From the human T2T-CHM13v2.0 reference genome, Homo sapiens, in the NCBI RefSeq assembly GCF_009914755.1, contig NC_060934.1: DNA of 64,000 bases, one strand, 5' to 3'. The notes below the pieces were generated by a model. That model made no database searches and was not told where the DNA came from. It worked only from the letters and a program-made list of their open reading frames with translations. How positions within the stretch are numbered: position 1 is the first letter of the stretch; each line of letters begins with the position of its first letter. Positions 41,690-64,000 of this stretch are shown piece by piece. The position numbers and the translations under genes are program-made.

Positions 41690-43388
41690 TTTTCATTAAA
41701 AAACTTAAGATTATATATGGCAAACTTCACGTTTCATAGAGTACATTTTGTGAATTTTGACAAACATGCAGTTGTGTAACTCCCACACAATTAAAATGCA
41801 GAGAGAGCAGTTCCATCCATCCAAAAAATTCCCTTGTCACTTTATAGTCAGCCCCTTACCTGACCCCAAGCTTCTGGCAACCAGTGGTATGTTTTCTGTC
41901 TCTACAGTTTTGTATTTTCCAGGATGTTGTGTAACTGGAATTGTATTTCTCTAATGATAAATGATTTTGAGCATCTTTTTTGCCATCCTTATATCTTCTT
42001 TGGTGAAGTATTCTTAAATTATTTTGTTGTTTTTTTGACACTGAGTTTTGAGATTCTGGATGAAAGTTATCAGATGTGATTTGCAAATATTTTCTTGTGG
42101 TTTGTGGCTTTTTAAAATTCTCTTACATGTCTTTGAAGAGCAGAAGTTTGAATTTTGATAAAGTCGAGTTTATTGATTTAAAAATTATTTTATTTTATGG
42201 GTCATGCTTTTGATGTTGTATCTAAGAAACCTTTGCTAAACCAAAAATCACAAAGATTTTGTTCTATATTTATTTATAGAAGTGTTAAAATTGTAGGTTT
42301 ACATTTAGATCTGTGATTCATTTTGTTAGTTTTTATATGTGGTGTGAGGTATGGATACAGTTTTTGTTGCAAATGAATTTCCACTTGTTTCGGCACCATT
42401 TTTTGGAAAGACTCTCTTTTTTCATAGAATTTCCTTTATACATTTCTTGAAAATCAGTTGTTCATATATGTGTGAGTCTTCTTCTGGACTCTTACTGCGT
42501 TTCATACATCTAAATGTTTACCCTTTCTCCAATGTGACACTTACCTGAGATTATTGTAGCTTTATAGTAAACTTGAAATCAGGTAGTGTGAGTTCTCCAT
42601 CTTTATCCCTTTTCAAAGTTACTTTGGCGATTCCAGTTCCTATGCCTCTTCATATCCATTTTAAAATCAGCTTCTTAATTTCTGTAGAAAGTCCTTCTGG
42701 ATTCTGATTTAATTCTAAAGATCATTTTGGGGAGAATTGATATCTTAAATATTGAGGCATCTCATTTATGATCTTTCTTTCGATTTTTGATGTCTTATCA
42801 ATGTACTTTAGTTTTCAGCATAGATTGTACACATACTCTGTTAGATTTATGCCTAAGCATTTCATGTTTTTGAGTGCTGATGTAAATGATACTCTTCGAT
42901 TTTCAGTTTTTTTCATTGATAGAATATAGAACTGCTTGTATCCTCATAACCTTGCTAAACTTACTTAGTTCTGGTAGCTTTCTTAGAGATTCTATGGGAT
43001 TTCTATGCAGAAGATTATGTCATCTGCAGATAAAGACAGTATTACTTCTTTCTTCCAATTTGGATGTCTTTTATATTTTTTTCTGCCTTGCTGCACTGGC
43101 TAAAACCTCCATTTTAATGTCAAATAGAAGTGACAAGTGTGGTCATCTTTACTTTATTTTTGCATCTTACGGGGAGAGCATTTGGTTCTTCATCAAGTAT
43201 AATATAAACTATAGGTTTTTATTGCTCTGCTTTTTTTTTGTAGATAACATTTATCAGGATGAGGAAGTTCTCCTATTCCTAGTTTACTGGATGGATGTTG
43301 AATTTTGTCAGATATTTTATGTACATCTATTGAGATAATCATGTATTTTATTTTTGTTAGTCTTTTGTTATGGCGAATTACATTTTGC
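41690..43388 (-). mobile_element. Old L1M (3'UTR/ORF2 part), host of the L1PA insertion
   Basis: L1M 3' end and ORF2 remnants (ORF 43193-43396 contains YMIISID). Confidence 0.8.
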
Positions 43389-43402
43389 CTGAACATTTTT
43401 TA

Positions 43403-49566
<6,164 letters not shown>

Positions 49567-49580
49567 CTGAACATTTTTTA

Positions 49581-51500
49581 TTTCTTCTTCAATTTGAAAT
49601 ATATTTTCATGGATATAGATTTCTGCATTGACAGTTTTTTCTTTCAGCACTTTAGTGGTGTCTGACTTTCAAAATTTCTGAAAGTTCTTATCCTGTTCCA
49701 CTGTATTGTGTCTTTTTTTTTTTTTTTTTAAACTCTGGCAGCCTTCAAGGTTTTCTCTTTATCTTTGATTTTTTCCACCATCAGTTTGAATATAATGTGT
49801 CTAATTGTGGATTTTTGTTGTTGTTGTTGTTGTTGTTTGTTTATTTGATGCTGCCTAGTGTTCTCTGAGCTTTTTGGATTCTTTTGTATTAATTTTGAAA
49901 AATTTTGGTTATTATCTCTTCATATTTTGTTTCTGTCTTATTGTCTCTCTTTCTGGAATTCCAGTTACACATATGTTAGAGTATTTGATATTGTCCCATA
50001 GCACTTGGATGTTCTCTTCTCTGTTTTTCATTCTCTTGTCATGTTTTGTGGGAGTAGTTTCTGTTGATGTCTTTACTGATTCTGAGACTGTCTTGGTCTT
50101 CTGATAAGGTTGTTGAAAGCTTTCATCTCTGTTACTATATTTTTATTTCTAGCATTTCCGTTTGATTTCTTCTTACCGTTTCCATCCCTCTGCTTAAATT
50201 ACACATCTGCGTATGCATATTATCTACATTTTTCGTTAGAGCATTTAACGTATAAATTCCGTGTTTGATAGTTCTAATATGATGGTTGTATCCGAATCTG
50301 GTTCTATTGTTTTGTTTTTTTTTCTTTGCTCCTTTTTCGGTTTTTTTTTTTTTGGTTGAAATCTGGACATTTTGTGTAGAGAGCCAGTTAAATGGTATTT
50401 ATGCCTGGAAATGGACATGCTTTGTCTTTTCCTGAGACGTGTGTGTGTGTGTGTGGTGGGGAGGAATGTTGAGGGTTTTGTTATTGCTAGGTTACCTTTA
50501 ATTTACCACAGGCTTAAAGTTTCTCTAGCATTACTTTGTGTTTAGGGTAGGATTTAGTTTGTCAGAGAGTTTTTCTTAATGTCTACCCTCAGCTTTAGGT
50601 CTTCCCTTTGAACTTGCATCTCAGAGAAGGTATTTCTCCATGCTTTAGCTCTTTGCTCACAAACAGTCATGCGCCACATAACAATGTTTTGGTCAACAGC
50701 AGACTGCATATATGATGATGGTCCCCTAAGATTATAATACCATATTTTAACTGTACCTTTCTATGTTTAGATAAACAAAATACTTACCATTGTGTTACAG
50801 TTGCCTACAGTATTCAGTACAGTAACATGCTGTACAGGTTTGTAGCCTAAGACCAATAATATACCATACTGTATAGCCTAGGTGTGTAACAGGCTATACT
50901 GTCTTTGTCTGTGTAAGTATACTCTGTCATGTTCTCACAATGAAATCACCTGACGATGCATTTCTTAGACCATATTCCTGTCATTACGTGACACATGACT
51001 GTAGTACATTGCTGTTACATGTTGTTTGAGGCTTGCTAGCCTGCATTTGATGGGAGATGGGGAGGACATTTTGTGTTGGATTTTTCCAGTCTCCATTTTA
51101 GCTAGGTGTTTCCATTTTCTCTGGGTCTCAAGTATGGGGCTTTTTCAGAGATCTTGCCCCTTCTTTAAGCAGGGTAGATTTTGTTTGCTTCCCCTAGCTG
51201 CAGGTCCACATTTGGCTTGTAGTAATTACAAAATTTTTTAACCAAGTTCTTATTGGCTTGTATGGTGTCTGGTGTTTACTATAGGTAAAGTAGTGCTCAT
51301 GTCCCATCTCTCCCTTTAAAATCCTGTCTTTCCTTAGATTTTAGATCAATTACTTAGATTTAAGGTTACCTTACTTTTGTGCTGGGTTCAAGAAAATTTG
51401 TGATTTTGCACAACATCCATCTTTTACTTTGTTTTAATGGTGAAAATGACTTTCTAACTTTCTTCATCCTAAGCAGCACCTAGAAGTCCCATTTCTTTAT
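49581..51500 (-). mobile_element. Old L1M ORF1/5' region
   Basis: tttcttcttcaatttgaaatatattttcatggatatagatttct...ttcagcacttt. Confidence 0.65.
50664..51001. mobile_element. Tigger3a (MER7A)
   Basis: TIRs cagtcatgcg...cacatgactg followed by TA. Confidence 0.88.
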
Positions 51501-51589
51501 TGAGGATGTCTATTGATACGGGATTTTTGATGGTTAAAGTATCTTTTAAATCTGTTCCTTTCAGTTTTTTCCTCCAAATTTGTATTTTT

Positions 51590-52450
51590 GTTTGTTCATT
51601 TATTCAATATAAAAAAGTCAAGTCTGTGCTATGTGTCTAGGCCCTGTGCTCAGTGTTGGGGGATATAGGGATGAGCAAGTACCCTTAATAATACTTTCTC
51701 TAATGAGCATATAGTTTAATGGGGAAGACCGGATAATTAAAGAGGTAATTATACTAAAGTAATGATAAGAGCTGTAGTAGGAGATGTATATGGAAGGAGG
51801 CACCCAGTCTTATCTAGAATGATTAGGTAAGGCTTCTCAGAGAAAGAACTGTGATGCAGACCTAAAGATTATGTAGGAATTAGGTTAAAGATGGCTGGGA
51901 GGCTGTAGGGAAGTAGAGTAGGTAGAAGGAAGAGATTATCCAGTAGCTAAGATGGAAAACAAACAAACCCACAGAACCAACATGAAGAGTTTGAGAATCT
52001 GAAAGAAGAGCCATGTGGCTATAAAGCATATGAAGACAGAAGTGACAGAAGGTAAGACTGGAGAAATTGGTTGGAGCCAGGTTAGAAAGAAGAGTCTTCT
52101 AAGCCATGTTAAGTTGATTTTATCATGAAAACAGTGGCAAGTCATTGAAAGACTTTAGGGAGGGTGACATCTGACTAGCTAATGGTTTTGAAAAAGTCAT
52201 TTTGGATGGAAGGTGAAGAGTGAATGCAAAGAAGCAAAGCAGTTACCAAGACTAGTTAGATAGGTTACCTCAGTAATCCAGGCATTTGTATGTGTTGTTT
52301 TAACTTGGAGTAGTAGCATTAGAGATAGGGACAACCAGGCAAATTAAAGAGATACTCAAATGTGAAGATCAGTGGAACTTTTCCATTGGTTGAATACAGA
52401 GAGTGAGGAAGAGGGAAGACTTGGGATGTATCCAGTAAAAATCTTGGTAT
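51590..52450 (-). mobile_element. L2a 3' region
   Basis: ttcatttattcaa...tatgtgtctaggccctgtgctcagtgttgggg. Confidence 0.75.
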
Positions 52451-53531
52451 GTTTCTGTAGAACCTCCAAGTTTCCTTCCTTCTTTCCAGAGGGAGAGTAG
52501 AAGAAAGGACCCTTGGTTTACTTTCATAATTATCGTTTATGTATGGCCCAAAATTCATTGAGGCCGTGGAGGTAAGTCAGAAAAAGAGAAAAGGAAAAAA
52601 TATCTAAGTAATATGTAAGTCATGGTAAATGAACTTCTCTTGCCTGATTGTCTTTGAGTGTTGAGAAAAACAGGACAGTTTGGTTCCTTCGGTTTTGATG
52701 TTTGGCTTATTGGTATATAAACAAAAAATCTGCAAACCTTGCTCTTTTGGAACAAAAATAGCATACAATTGATCTTCTCAAATAGCTGTTCCATGTAGAG
52801 AGACATTTAACTATATTTAATCATATAATTTCCTTGTTTTTTCCAGATGGTTTTACTCAGCATTTGGTGTGGTGGATCTTACATAAACCTTTAGAACTTA
52901 CATTAGAGTGTTCAAGTCTTCTGAGACTCCAGAGTCACCTAAGGTAGTGATCATTGCCACTAACAGTTGTGACAAGTTTTATACACAACATTGCTGTGGG
53001 TGCCAATAATGTTTTTCATGGCAGTGGAGGGGCAAAGTATAGTTTTCAGAAAAAGGATGTTAGTGATAAACAGCTCTCATATGATTCAAGATTTCAGTGC
53101 TTAAGGTGGGAAAGTAGGCGTGAAGCTTATGAAGGCCATCAGTTTTCCTTCTCAGAATGATGTAGTTAAAAGCAAGTATGGTGTATTATTACAATGTTAG
53201 AGTTAGGCAGTCATGATTTAGAAATTTTTTGCTTTTTTGGGGGTGTACTGTGGGATAGAGTTGTGAGTAGCTAAATAGCTCAGGTATTAGTCAAAGCTGG
53301 GTGTGCATTCTGGTTTCTGTACTTAGTAAGTACAGATGTACAACCTTGAGTCTTCATTTATTTGTCTGTAAAATGGTGATAATAATTATATACACCTTGA
53401 AGAGTTGTTACAAAGGTTAAGTGAGATGATGTATACAAGCACTTAACCCAGTGCTTCATTCATTGACTTATTTGGTAGGGTACAAGTTTAAATTATATTG
53501 CCATGTACAGTTTGTTAAATCCAACATACTA

Positions 53532-53763
53532 CAGATTGAGTAGCCCTTATCTGGACTGCTTGGGACCAGAAGTGTTTTTGATTTTGATTTTTTTTTTTGA
53601 ATATTTGCATTATATTTAACAGTTGAGAATCCCTAACCTGAAAATCTGAAATCTGAAATGCTCCAGTGTTCATTTCCTTTGAGTGTCATGTCGGTGCTCA
53701 GAATGTTTTGGACTTTGGAGCATTTTGGATTGCAGATTTTCACATTAGGGCATATCAGCCATG
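53532..53763. mobile_element. Tigger4a (MER46A)
   Basis: TA-cagattgagtagccctta...ggagcattttggatt...tgTA. Confidence 0.85.
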
Positions 53764-54110
53764 TAAGGTTTTTATAATCTAAGAAACAGTCATAATCATA
53801 GGTCTCTTAATCATTTCTCATAATTGGATTATGTTTACATATTTCCCATCTGTAAAAAGGGCTAGTAATGTAAAAATACAGAGTATCAATTCTTTGATGG
53901 TGGCAGGAAATTATGGTTTACAAGAATGAAGTAGGTTTTTTGGATGGGGAGCTTAAGTCTGGCTCCGGTTTAATTTTGCTGTTATCATTAGTTTGCACAT
54001 AAGGTCTCTTTCTATAAATAGATATGTATCATATATACAAATTGAGAAAGGTTTGCTTTAGTAGGAAAATAGCTAGTGAGTTGAGTCAAACAGATAAGAT
54101 GTAACAATTC

Positions 54111-54424
54111 TTTTTTTTTTTTTTTTTTTTTTAAGAGATAAGGTCTTGTTCTGTTCTCCAGGATGGAGTGCATTGGTCTGGTCTTAGTTCACTGTAACCT
54201 CAAACTCCTGGGCTTAGGTGATCCTCCTACCTCAGCCTCCTAAGTAGGTAGGGCTACAGATGTGCACCACCATGCCCAGCTAATTAAAAAACAATTTTTT
54301 TTTGTACATATAGAGTCTCGCTATGTTGCCTAGGCTGGTCTCGAACTCCTGGACTTAAGTGATCCTCCCATCTTGGCCTCCCAGAAGTCCTGGAGTTATA
54401 GGCAGGACCCATTATACTTGGCCA
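54111..54424 (-). mobile_element. AluJ
   Basis: T tail; short TSD aattctt. Confidence 0.92.
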
Positions 54425-56319
54425 AAGGAATTCTTAATGTTGTTCAAGAATACACATACCTTTTACACACACACACACACAATCTCAAATTAAGGAGAAA
54501 CATCTGAATTGATACTGCTTTGTGCCAGGCACATTTGCTTTTGTGCTCATTTATTTAACAAACATCTTATTGAATGCTGTATGTGCCAGGAATGGTGCTG
54601 GGTATTGAGAAACTAAAAATGATAAGGTATTTCTTGCTTTCAAGGAGTTGTAGGTATGATTGTTAGTCAGACAAGCTTACAGTTTGGTATGGCAGTAGAG
54701 AGCGCAGAATACCCAGCCCGCATTTACTCAAGGAATATTTATTGAAAGCTAAAATATACAAGTATTCAGTAGGCATTCAGAGATCATTTAGAACTACATC
54801 TCAAAAGGAACAGCCCTAAGTCATCCTTGACAAGTAAGTCTTCAAATGGCAATGGAGACTCCTGTGTTTGGATCCATTATAGGATAGGCTCAGTGTAATG
54901 CTAAATAAGGCTAGACTGTAGAAAACTTCCTTATCAGCTTTGTTGAACTGGTGTTCCTTTGGCTTTTCATTTCTGTGCCTCAGTTATGTCTTTCAGAGTA
55001 GCTTTTGGAGAGGTTAAAGAAGGCAATTGGGGCTTCTCATCTCCTAACATTAAGTAATTGATATAGTTATTTATGTATTTTTTCCTATAAGATTGTTAAA
55101 GATATTTAAGTGGGGAGTACTAACCACACTGATATAGTCATATTGCCATAGGCATTTATGAGCACAGACATTGGTCTCAGAGTATCTAGATTAGGATCTA
55201 GATAATCCTCTGCCATATTCTAGTCCTTTGGCCTTGGTGGACACAATTTAACACCCTTGTTGCCTCGGTTTTATCATTGGTAGAATTGGACTAGTAATAA
55301 TTCTACTTCATAGGGTTGTTGGGAGAATCAAATGAAATGTTACTATTTTGAACATAAAATAGTCAAGTGAGTTGTCAGGTGAGCAAATAAGATCTGATAA
55401 GTGGCCAAAATAAATATAAAGTTCATGTATTGAAGTTCATATATTTTGCTCAATTAGGAAGCACCTCAGATCCTTACTTAGAGGGCTTTTATTGTTACTT
55501 TGTATGTAATTTGGACACTCTGGAATTTGCATTGCCCTTTAGGTTGAGAGAAATAGAAATGCCTAGAGTAGCAATAAGTGACAGATGGTGAAGAGAAAGA
55601 AACAATAAAAATCAGGTACTCTACTAAAACAAAAAATAGTGATCTGGAGGTTGTAGTACAGCTGTGCATTGCATATGGGGTGAGGACAGCATTTCACAAT
55701 GAAGAAGGCCTTGAGGCATCACCTTATACATGGCGCAGTTTGGCAGTTTGAACAGAACTGTTTGACTTCTCATTCTGCTTTTTACTAGTGATTCTGTTTC
55801 TTGCATGCCTTTTAGTAAGGTCTATCTATGTAAGGTCTCTCAGTGAGTGTCTACCTGGGTTAAAAGCTTATTTCTCTTTAGTCCAGATATGTTAAAGAGA
55901 AGACCTATAGAGTAATTTCTTTCACTATAGACTTTAATTTTAGAAATTATTGTCTTATTCTTTTAAATTGTAATATATATTTTGTATAACCTGGTTTGAA
56001 TAGAAGTAAAAATGAATCTCCAAGCAGATACAGGAATTATTTTGTGTTTTCAAGTGTGAAATATATCATTGTATTATAATAACTAGTGCAAGTGCATTTA
56101 CGGAAGGATGCATTAAGAAAACTACAGCAGAATCAGTTGTGGTTCATTAGCAGATTTTATAGTTTTTAAAATATGAAGCCATTTCTCTGCTGTCCAAGTA
56201 TAATTTTTTATGTTATTATATCACACACAAGTGCCTCTGTGCTGTGTTTGTGTTGAATCTCTTTTAAGTGAAGCGCCTGTGCAGGAGAAGGACATTTCTT
56301 GATTTCTTATTTGCAAATG

Positions 56320-56641
56320 CAGTTGACCCTTAGTATCCCTGGAGAATTGGTTCCAAGACTTTCCTTGGATACCACAATTTGAGGATGTTCAAGTCTCTGA
56401 TATAAAACGGCAGTATTTGTATATAACCTATGTACGTCCTCCTTTTTACTTTATATCATCTCTAGATTACTTATACCTAATACAATATAAATGCTAGGTA
56501 AATATTTGTTAGACTTCATTGTTAGGGAATAATAACGAGGAAAATCTGTGCATGTTCAGTACAGACACAATTTTTTTAACTGAATATTTCCATCTCTGGG
56601 TTGGTTGAATCCATAGACCCATGGATATGGAGGGCCAGTTG
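56320..56641. mobile_element. MER2 (Tigger-family MITE)
   Basis: TIRs cagttgaccctt...gagggccagttg followed by TA. Confidence 0.88.
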
Positions 56642-57043
56642 TACTGTACTTGTGATTGACATTGAAAGTGGGAAGACCTTGAAAGTGTGGAAAGGATTGG
56701 GTATATTTTTTATTTTATTATTTTATTATTCTAATTTTATTCTGTCAAAGAATCTTCCAATTTTTTACTCATGTTTTCTCTTTTACCTTGCTCTACAACC
56801 AGAATTACAAATTATTTGAAACAGAAAATATTTTCTATGCCTGTTGTATACTTTTCTGACATTGAATATGCTGTTTAGAATAGTATTTCAAAACTTTTAT
56901 TCAAGTGAAATCAACTTAGTGAATAAATAGATCTTAAATTGTAAGAATTTTAAAAGCCTTAAATTGTAAAAAGTGAAGAAGAATTCTAGATTAAAAGTAA
57001 TAGTAGTGCATATATTAAGGGTAAGTATTTTATGGACTTTTTT

Positions 57044-58517
<1,474 letters not shown>

Positions 58518-58659
58518 TAAGTCACATATGTGTATGAGTCTGTTTACTGTGTTATTATATGAAATGCTTTTCTTACTGTGGAATGCAGGAAAAAAATTGG
58601 AAAAACTGGCTTAGGAACCTATGCTTTTAGGTAAGTCTTATAAAGCTTTAAAAAAAAAG

Positions 58660-61600
58660 GTCTTGGAAATAATATAGAGCAGAAATAAACAAAATAGAAA
58701 ATAGGAAAATAATAGAAAAAAGTAAAGAAACTAAATAGTTTGGCATTTTGAAAAGATCATAAGATCAATAAAATTGACAAACCCTTAGCTAGGCTAAGGA
58801 AAAAGAGAATAGACTCAACTGAAGTCAGAAATGAAAAAGGAGGCATTGCAACTGATGCCACAGAAATACAAAGGATCATTAAGTGACTATTATAAACAAT
58901 TATACGCCAACATATTGGCTAACCTGAAAGAAACTGATAGATTTCTAGAAACATAACAAGACTGAATAATGAAGAAATAGAAAATCTGAGCAGACCCATA
59001 AGCAGTAAGGAAATTCAATTAGTAAGCAAAAATCTCCTAGCAAAGAAAAGCCCAGGACCACATGGCTTCATTGGGGAATTCTACCAAACATTTAAAGGAG
59101 AATTGATACCAATTCTTCTTAAACTCTTCCAAAAAATGGAAGAGGAAGGAACACTTGCAGACTCATTTAATGAGGTCAGTATTACCCTGATACCAAAGCC
59201 AGAGATACTATAAGAAAACTACAGGCCAGTATCTCTGATGAATATTGTAAAAATCTTCCACAAAATACTAGCAAGATGAATTCAATAAGACATTAAAAGG
59301 ATCTTACACCATGACCAAGTGGAATTTATCTCTGGGATGCAAGGATGGCTCAACATATGAAAATCAATAAATATAGAATATATACAATATTAACAACTGA
59401 GGACAAAAATCACATCATTTCAACTGATTCAGTAAAAGTACTGACAAAACATAATACCTTTTTATGATAAAAACACTCAACAACCTAGGAATAGAAGGAA
59501 ATTATCTCAACATAATAAAGGTAATATGTGAAAAACTCACAGCTAACATAATCATTAGTGAAAAATGAAGTTTTTCCTCTAAGATCAGGAACAAGGCAAG
59601 AATGCCCACTCATCACTTTCTTCAACATTGTAATAGAAATCCTAGCTAGAGCAGTTAGACGAGAAAAAGAAATAAAAAGCATCCAAATTGGAAAGGAGGA
59701 AGTAAGATTATCCCTAATCACAGATGACTTGGTTTTACGTGTACAAAACCAAAAAAAATAAAAAATAAAAAAAACTGTAAGAACTGTTAAACCAATTCAG
59801 CCAAGTTGCAGGATACAAAATCAACTCTCCAAAATCACTTGTGTTTCTGTGCACTAACAATTAAGGAAATAAAGAAAATCTCATTTACAGTAGCATCACA
59901 AAGAATAAAATGCATAAGAGTAAACTTAATTGAGGGGAGAAGGACATACATTGAAAACTATAAAACATTGCTGAAAGAAATTAAAGATACAAAAATATGG
60001 AAAGACATAAATTGGTATTATTATGCTGAAACTAAAGCCAGACAAATACTACTGGTTGAGCATCTCTACTCCAAAAATCCAAAATTCAGAATGCTTCAAT
60101 GAGCATTTCCCTTGAGTATGACCTTTGAGCACTGTCAGCACACAAAAAGTTTTGGATTTTGGAGCATTTTGGATTTAGGATTCTTGTACTAGGGCTGCTC
60201 AATCTGTACAAGAAGACCAATATTCCTGATAAATATTGATGCAATACTGTTGTGGATTGGAAGACTTAATATTGTTAAAATGTCCATACTGTCCAGTCTA
60301 CAGAGTCAGAACAATCTCTGTCAAAATCCTTACAGCGTTTTTTGCAGAAACAGATAAAACCATCCTAAAATTCATATGGAATCTCAAAGGAGCCCAAATA
60401 GCCAAAGCAGTCTTGAGAAAGAAGAACAAAGCTGGAGGCCTCACACTTCCTGATTCCATAGTATATTACAAAGCTATAGTGATCAAAACAGTATGGTGTT
60501 AGCATACAAGCAGACATATAGACCAGTAGCACAGACTAGAGAGCCCAGAAATAAACCCACGTATAGTCAAATGATCTTTGATGAGCATACCAAGACTACA
60601 CAATGGAAAAAAGGATAGTTTCTTCAATAAATCGTGTTGGGAAAACTGGATATCCACATGCAAAAGAATGAGGTGTACCATATACAAAATTTAATTAAAA
60701 ATGGATTAAATATAAGAACTGAGAACCTAGAAAAAAACAGGGGAAAAGCTTCTTGATATTGGAATTAGCAGTGGTTTCTTGCATATGACATCAAAAGCAC
60801 AAGTAACAAAAACAGCAAAAACATGTACATCCAACTTAAAAAACTAAAAATGTAAAAAACATACATCCAACTTAAAAGTCTTCTATACAGCAAATAAACA
60901 GTTGTCAGAGTGTAAACACAGCCTAAGGAATAGGAGAAGATATTTGTAAACCATATATTAGACTAGGGGTTAATATTGGGAATATATAAAGAACTTGACA
61001 ACTCAGTAACAAATAATCTGAATAAAAAATGAGCAGAACCCAAATAAAGATTTCTCCCAAGAAGATACGTGCATGGCCAGCAGGCATGTGAAAAGATGTT
61101 CTACACAACTAATCATTAGGGAGATGCAAATAAAAACCACAGTAAGATATTATCTCACACCTAAGATGGCCGCCATCAAAGAAGAAACAGAAAATAACAA
61201 GTGTTGACAAGGATGTAGAGGAATTGGAACCCTTGCACACTGTTGGTGGGATTGTACAATGGCACAGCTCCTATGGAAAACATATGGAAATTCTTCCTAA
61301 AACTAAAAATAGAACTATCATATAAGCCAGCAGTCCCACTACTGGGTATATATTCCGAGGGAATGAGATTAGATGTTAAAGAGACATCTGCACTCCCATG
61401 TTCAGTGCAGCATTATTCACAGTAATCAAGATGTGGAAGCAACGTTAAGTGTTCATCAGTGGATGAATGGATAAAGAAAATATGGCATGTACCTACAACA
61501 GAATATCATCCAACCTTATGAGGAAGAAATTCCTGTCATGCTGCCTCATGGTTGAACCTTCAGGACATTTTGCTAAGTGAAATAACCCAATCACAAAAAG

Positions 61601-61850
61601 TTGAATACTTGCATAATTTCACTAATATGAGGTATCTAAAGGAATTAAACTCATAGAAACAGAAACTAGAATGGTGGTTGCCAAGGAAATGAGGAATTGT
61701 TCAGTGAGTGTAGAGTTTCAGTCATGTCAGATGAGAAAGTTTAGTGATCTGTCATACAACAATATGCATATAGTTAAAATACTGTGCTATACACTTGAGA
61801 ATTGTGAAGAGGTAAATTTATGTTCTTTTTTTTTTTTTTACTACAGAAAA
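58660..61850 (+). mobile_element. 5'-truncated L1MA/L1MB (sense orientation)
   Basis: ORF2 remnants (59558-59761, 60236-60502) and L1MB-like 3'UTR. Confidence 0.88.
60052..60206. mobile_element. Tigger4a-like fragment
   Basis: ctggttgagcatc...gggctgctcaatctg with TA on both sides. Confidence 0.8.
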
Positions 61851-62804
61851 TGCACAAAACGTCTATAAGCATACAAAACAAAATGTTACAGTGGTTTTCT
61901 CTGGAAGGAGAATACAGATTTTTAGTTTTTGCTTTTAGGTTTATTGTAAAGTCCTTTTGTATTAAAATACACAAAAAAAAACCTCTTTGTTAGCTATTAA
62001 AACTTTTCCTAAAAGTAGATTGTACCTTCCATTGTAGACCTTTGAGCCATCTATTATTTTTAAAACTGTACCTTGTTAAACCCCGTCTTTTTTTACTTGG
62101 ATACCTCATTCTTCAAGTAGCCTGTAGTGGCCAAGAAAAATAACTTTGTATCTAGTTTTGTCATCAGAACACTGAGCACTGTATAAAAATTCATCGATAA
62201 ATATTAGCTGCTATATCCATAAAGTCAGCCAGTATTCCAAAGCTGTATACTGACTATTGCTAAAGAAGCAGAGTTTATTTAAATATGTGTTCCTTAGACT
62301 GAATTCAAATGACTGGAGAACTGATTTTGTACAGGCTTTAATACTGAACTTTGCTAAGTCAAGAATAGCTTTTAAGGAAGATTTTGAATATGTGACATTT
62401 ATTTATGTATAAATACTGAGTCTCAAGGTGCTTTGTCATGTGGTGAATAGAGGAGTGCAAAATATTATATTCTACTTAGTACTACCCTTGCATTTCTAAT
62501 AAAGGTATGACAAAGCAGGTATTGTTAGAATTTCTATTCTCATAGTTGCTCACTTTTTGTTCCAGGATTTAAAAATTATTTATCTATGCCTTTATTACAG
62601 TTAACCCATTCATCTCCCATTTACATCATCAGTTTTTACCTTCCTATTGGATTAGTCTTCCTCCCCTCATACTTGCTTCCTAGACTGTTCCAGTGGGATA
62701 TTTATCTCCCCAATTCCATGAAGCCATTCCAGTGTTAACGACAACCCCATCTTGCTAAATCCAGTGGAAATTCTCAGTTCGTCCTACTTGACCTTCCAAC
62801 AGCA

Positions 62805-62969
62805 TTTATCTTATTTTATTTGTATTTATTTATTTATTTGAGATAGGGTTGAAACCTCAACCTGCTGGGTTCAAGTTTTCCTCCAACTCAGCCTCCTGAG
62901 TAGCTGGGACTATAAGGCGTGTGCTACCATGTCCAACTAATTTTTGTATTTTTTGTAGAGAAAGGGTTT
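62805..62969 (-). mobile_element. Alu remnant (right arm)
   Basis: (TATT)n tail plus partial right arm. Confidence 0.8.
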
Positions 62970-63287
62970 CTCCTCTCTTCTTTCACATCCCATACAATCA
63001 GTCCATAAAGTTTTGTTAGCTTTGCTTTCAGATTCTATGATTAATCTGACCACTTCTTATGACCTCTGCTACCACCCTAGACGTGCTGCAATAACTTCCT
63101 AACAGGTTTCCTTCCTTCTACTCTTGTCCCCCTGTACTTACATATTAGCTAGAATGATCTTTAGCAAAAGTAAGTCAGATCATGTTGAAACCTTCCAATA
63201 ATTCCCCAGCACTCTGAAAATAAAATCCGAAGCTCTTGCCATAACCTACCAGCCACTACTAATTCTGGCCCTTAGCTGTCTTACTGA

Positions 63288-63614
<327 letters not shown>

Positions 63615-64000
63615 TGATACCACACTTGTTTTCCTGTTACTTCTTGTCCGTGCCAAAATTGTCCTGCCTCAGAGTTTTTGCACGTGTTCATTCTTTTTCC
63701 TGGATTTCTCTTTTCCCTGATAATTTATGTGTCTCTCTGACTCGATTTAAACATCAGCTCAGGTGTTAACTCCTCAGTGTGGTCTTCCTCACTTTACAAC
63801 ATGGTCTTCCTTGTATTTTCATCTCTGCTCCATTTTACTCTGTAGCCTTATACATTATAGGATGTGTTTAAATGTTTGTTGATTGATTGATTGTCTTCAC
63901 CAGTAAGTTCCATGAGGCCAGGAGCTTTGTTCATTACTGTGTTCCCAATGCCTAAGATGGGACTTGGCACACAGTAGTTAATAAATATTTGTGGAATGAA

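Noticed and set aside
52847-52943. Candidate exon (strong acceptor ttccag|ATG, donor AAG|GTAGTG)
   Set aside because: Weak donor and the ATG frame closes after 15 codons; cannot be supported without transcripts.

Overview
Hominoid, most likely human, genomic DNA (it carries Alu, L1PA and an SVA). The window holds the 5' end of an unidentified + strand gene: a CpG-island promoter and probable exon 1 (~880-1560), a ~28 kb first intron, a 105-nt exon (29675-29779), and further intron to the end of the window. I found no supportable protein-coding sequence; nearly all ORF-track hits are Alu, L1, SVA or chance ORFs. More than half of the window is transposon-derived: a full-length L1PA, a near full-length L1MA, an SVA, ~20 Alu/FLAM copies, and Tigger/MER, MaLR, MIR, L2 and MamSINE1 remnants. 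Repeat subfamily names come from recalled consensus sequences, not from a run search. Most notable: (1) a 44-nt hairpin from an ERV1 LTR R-region, retroposed with its own A-tail and TSD; (2) exon 2, which combines a U1-like hairpin over its 5' splice site, an exonic AATAAA, several ATGs and an AG|GTGAG start; (3) an SVA with a 3' transduction and a weakened poly(A) signal; (4) an Alu-L1 fusion inside one TSD; (5) a dense PBX-HOX plus MEIS motif cluster; (6) a cluster of local templated duplications at 32-36 kb.
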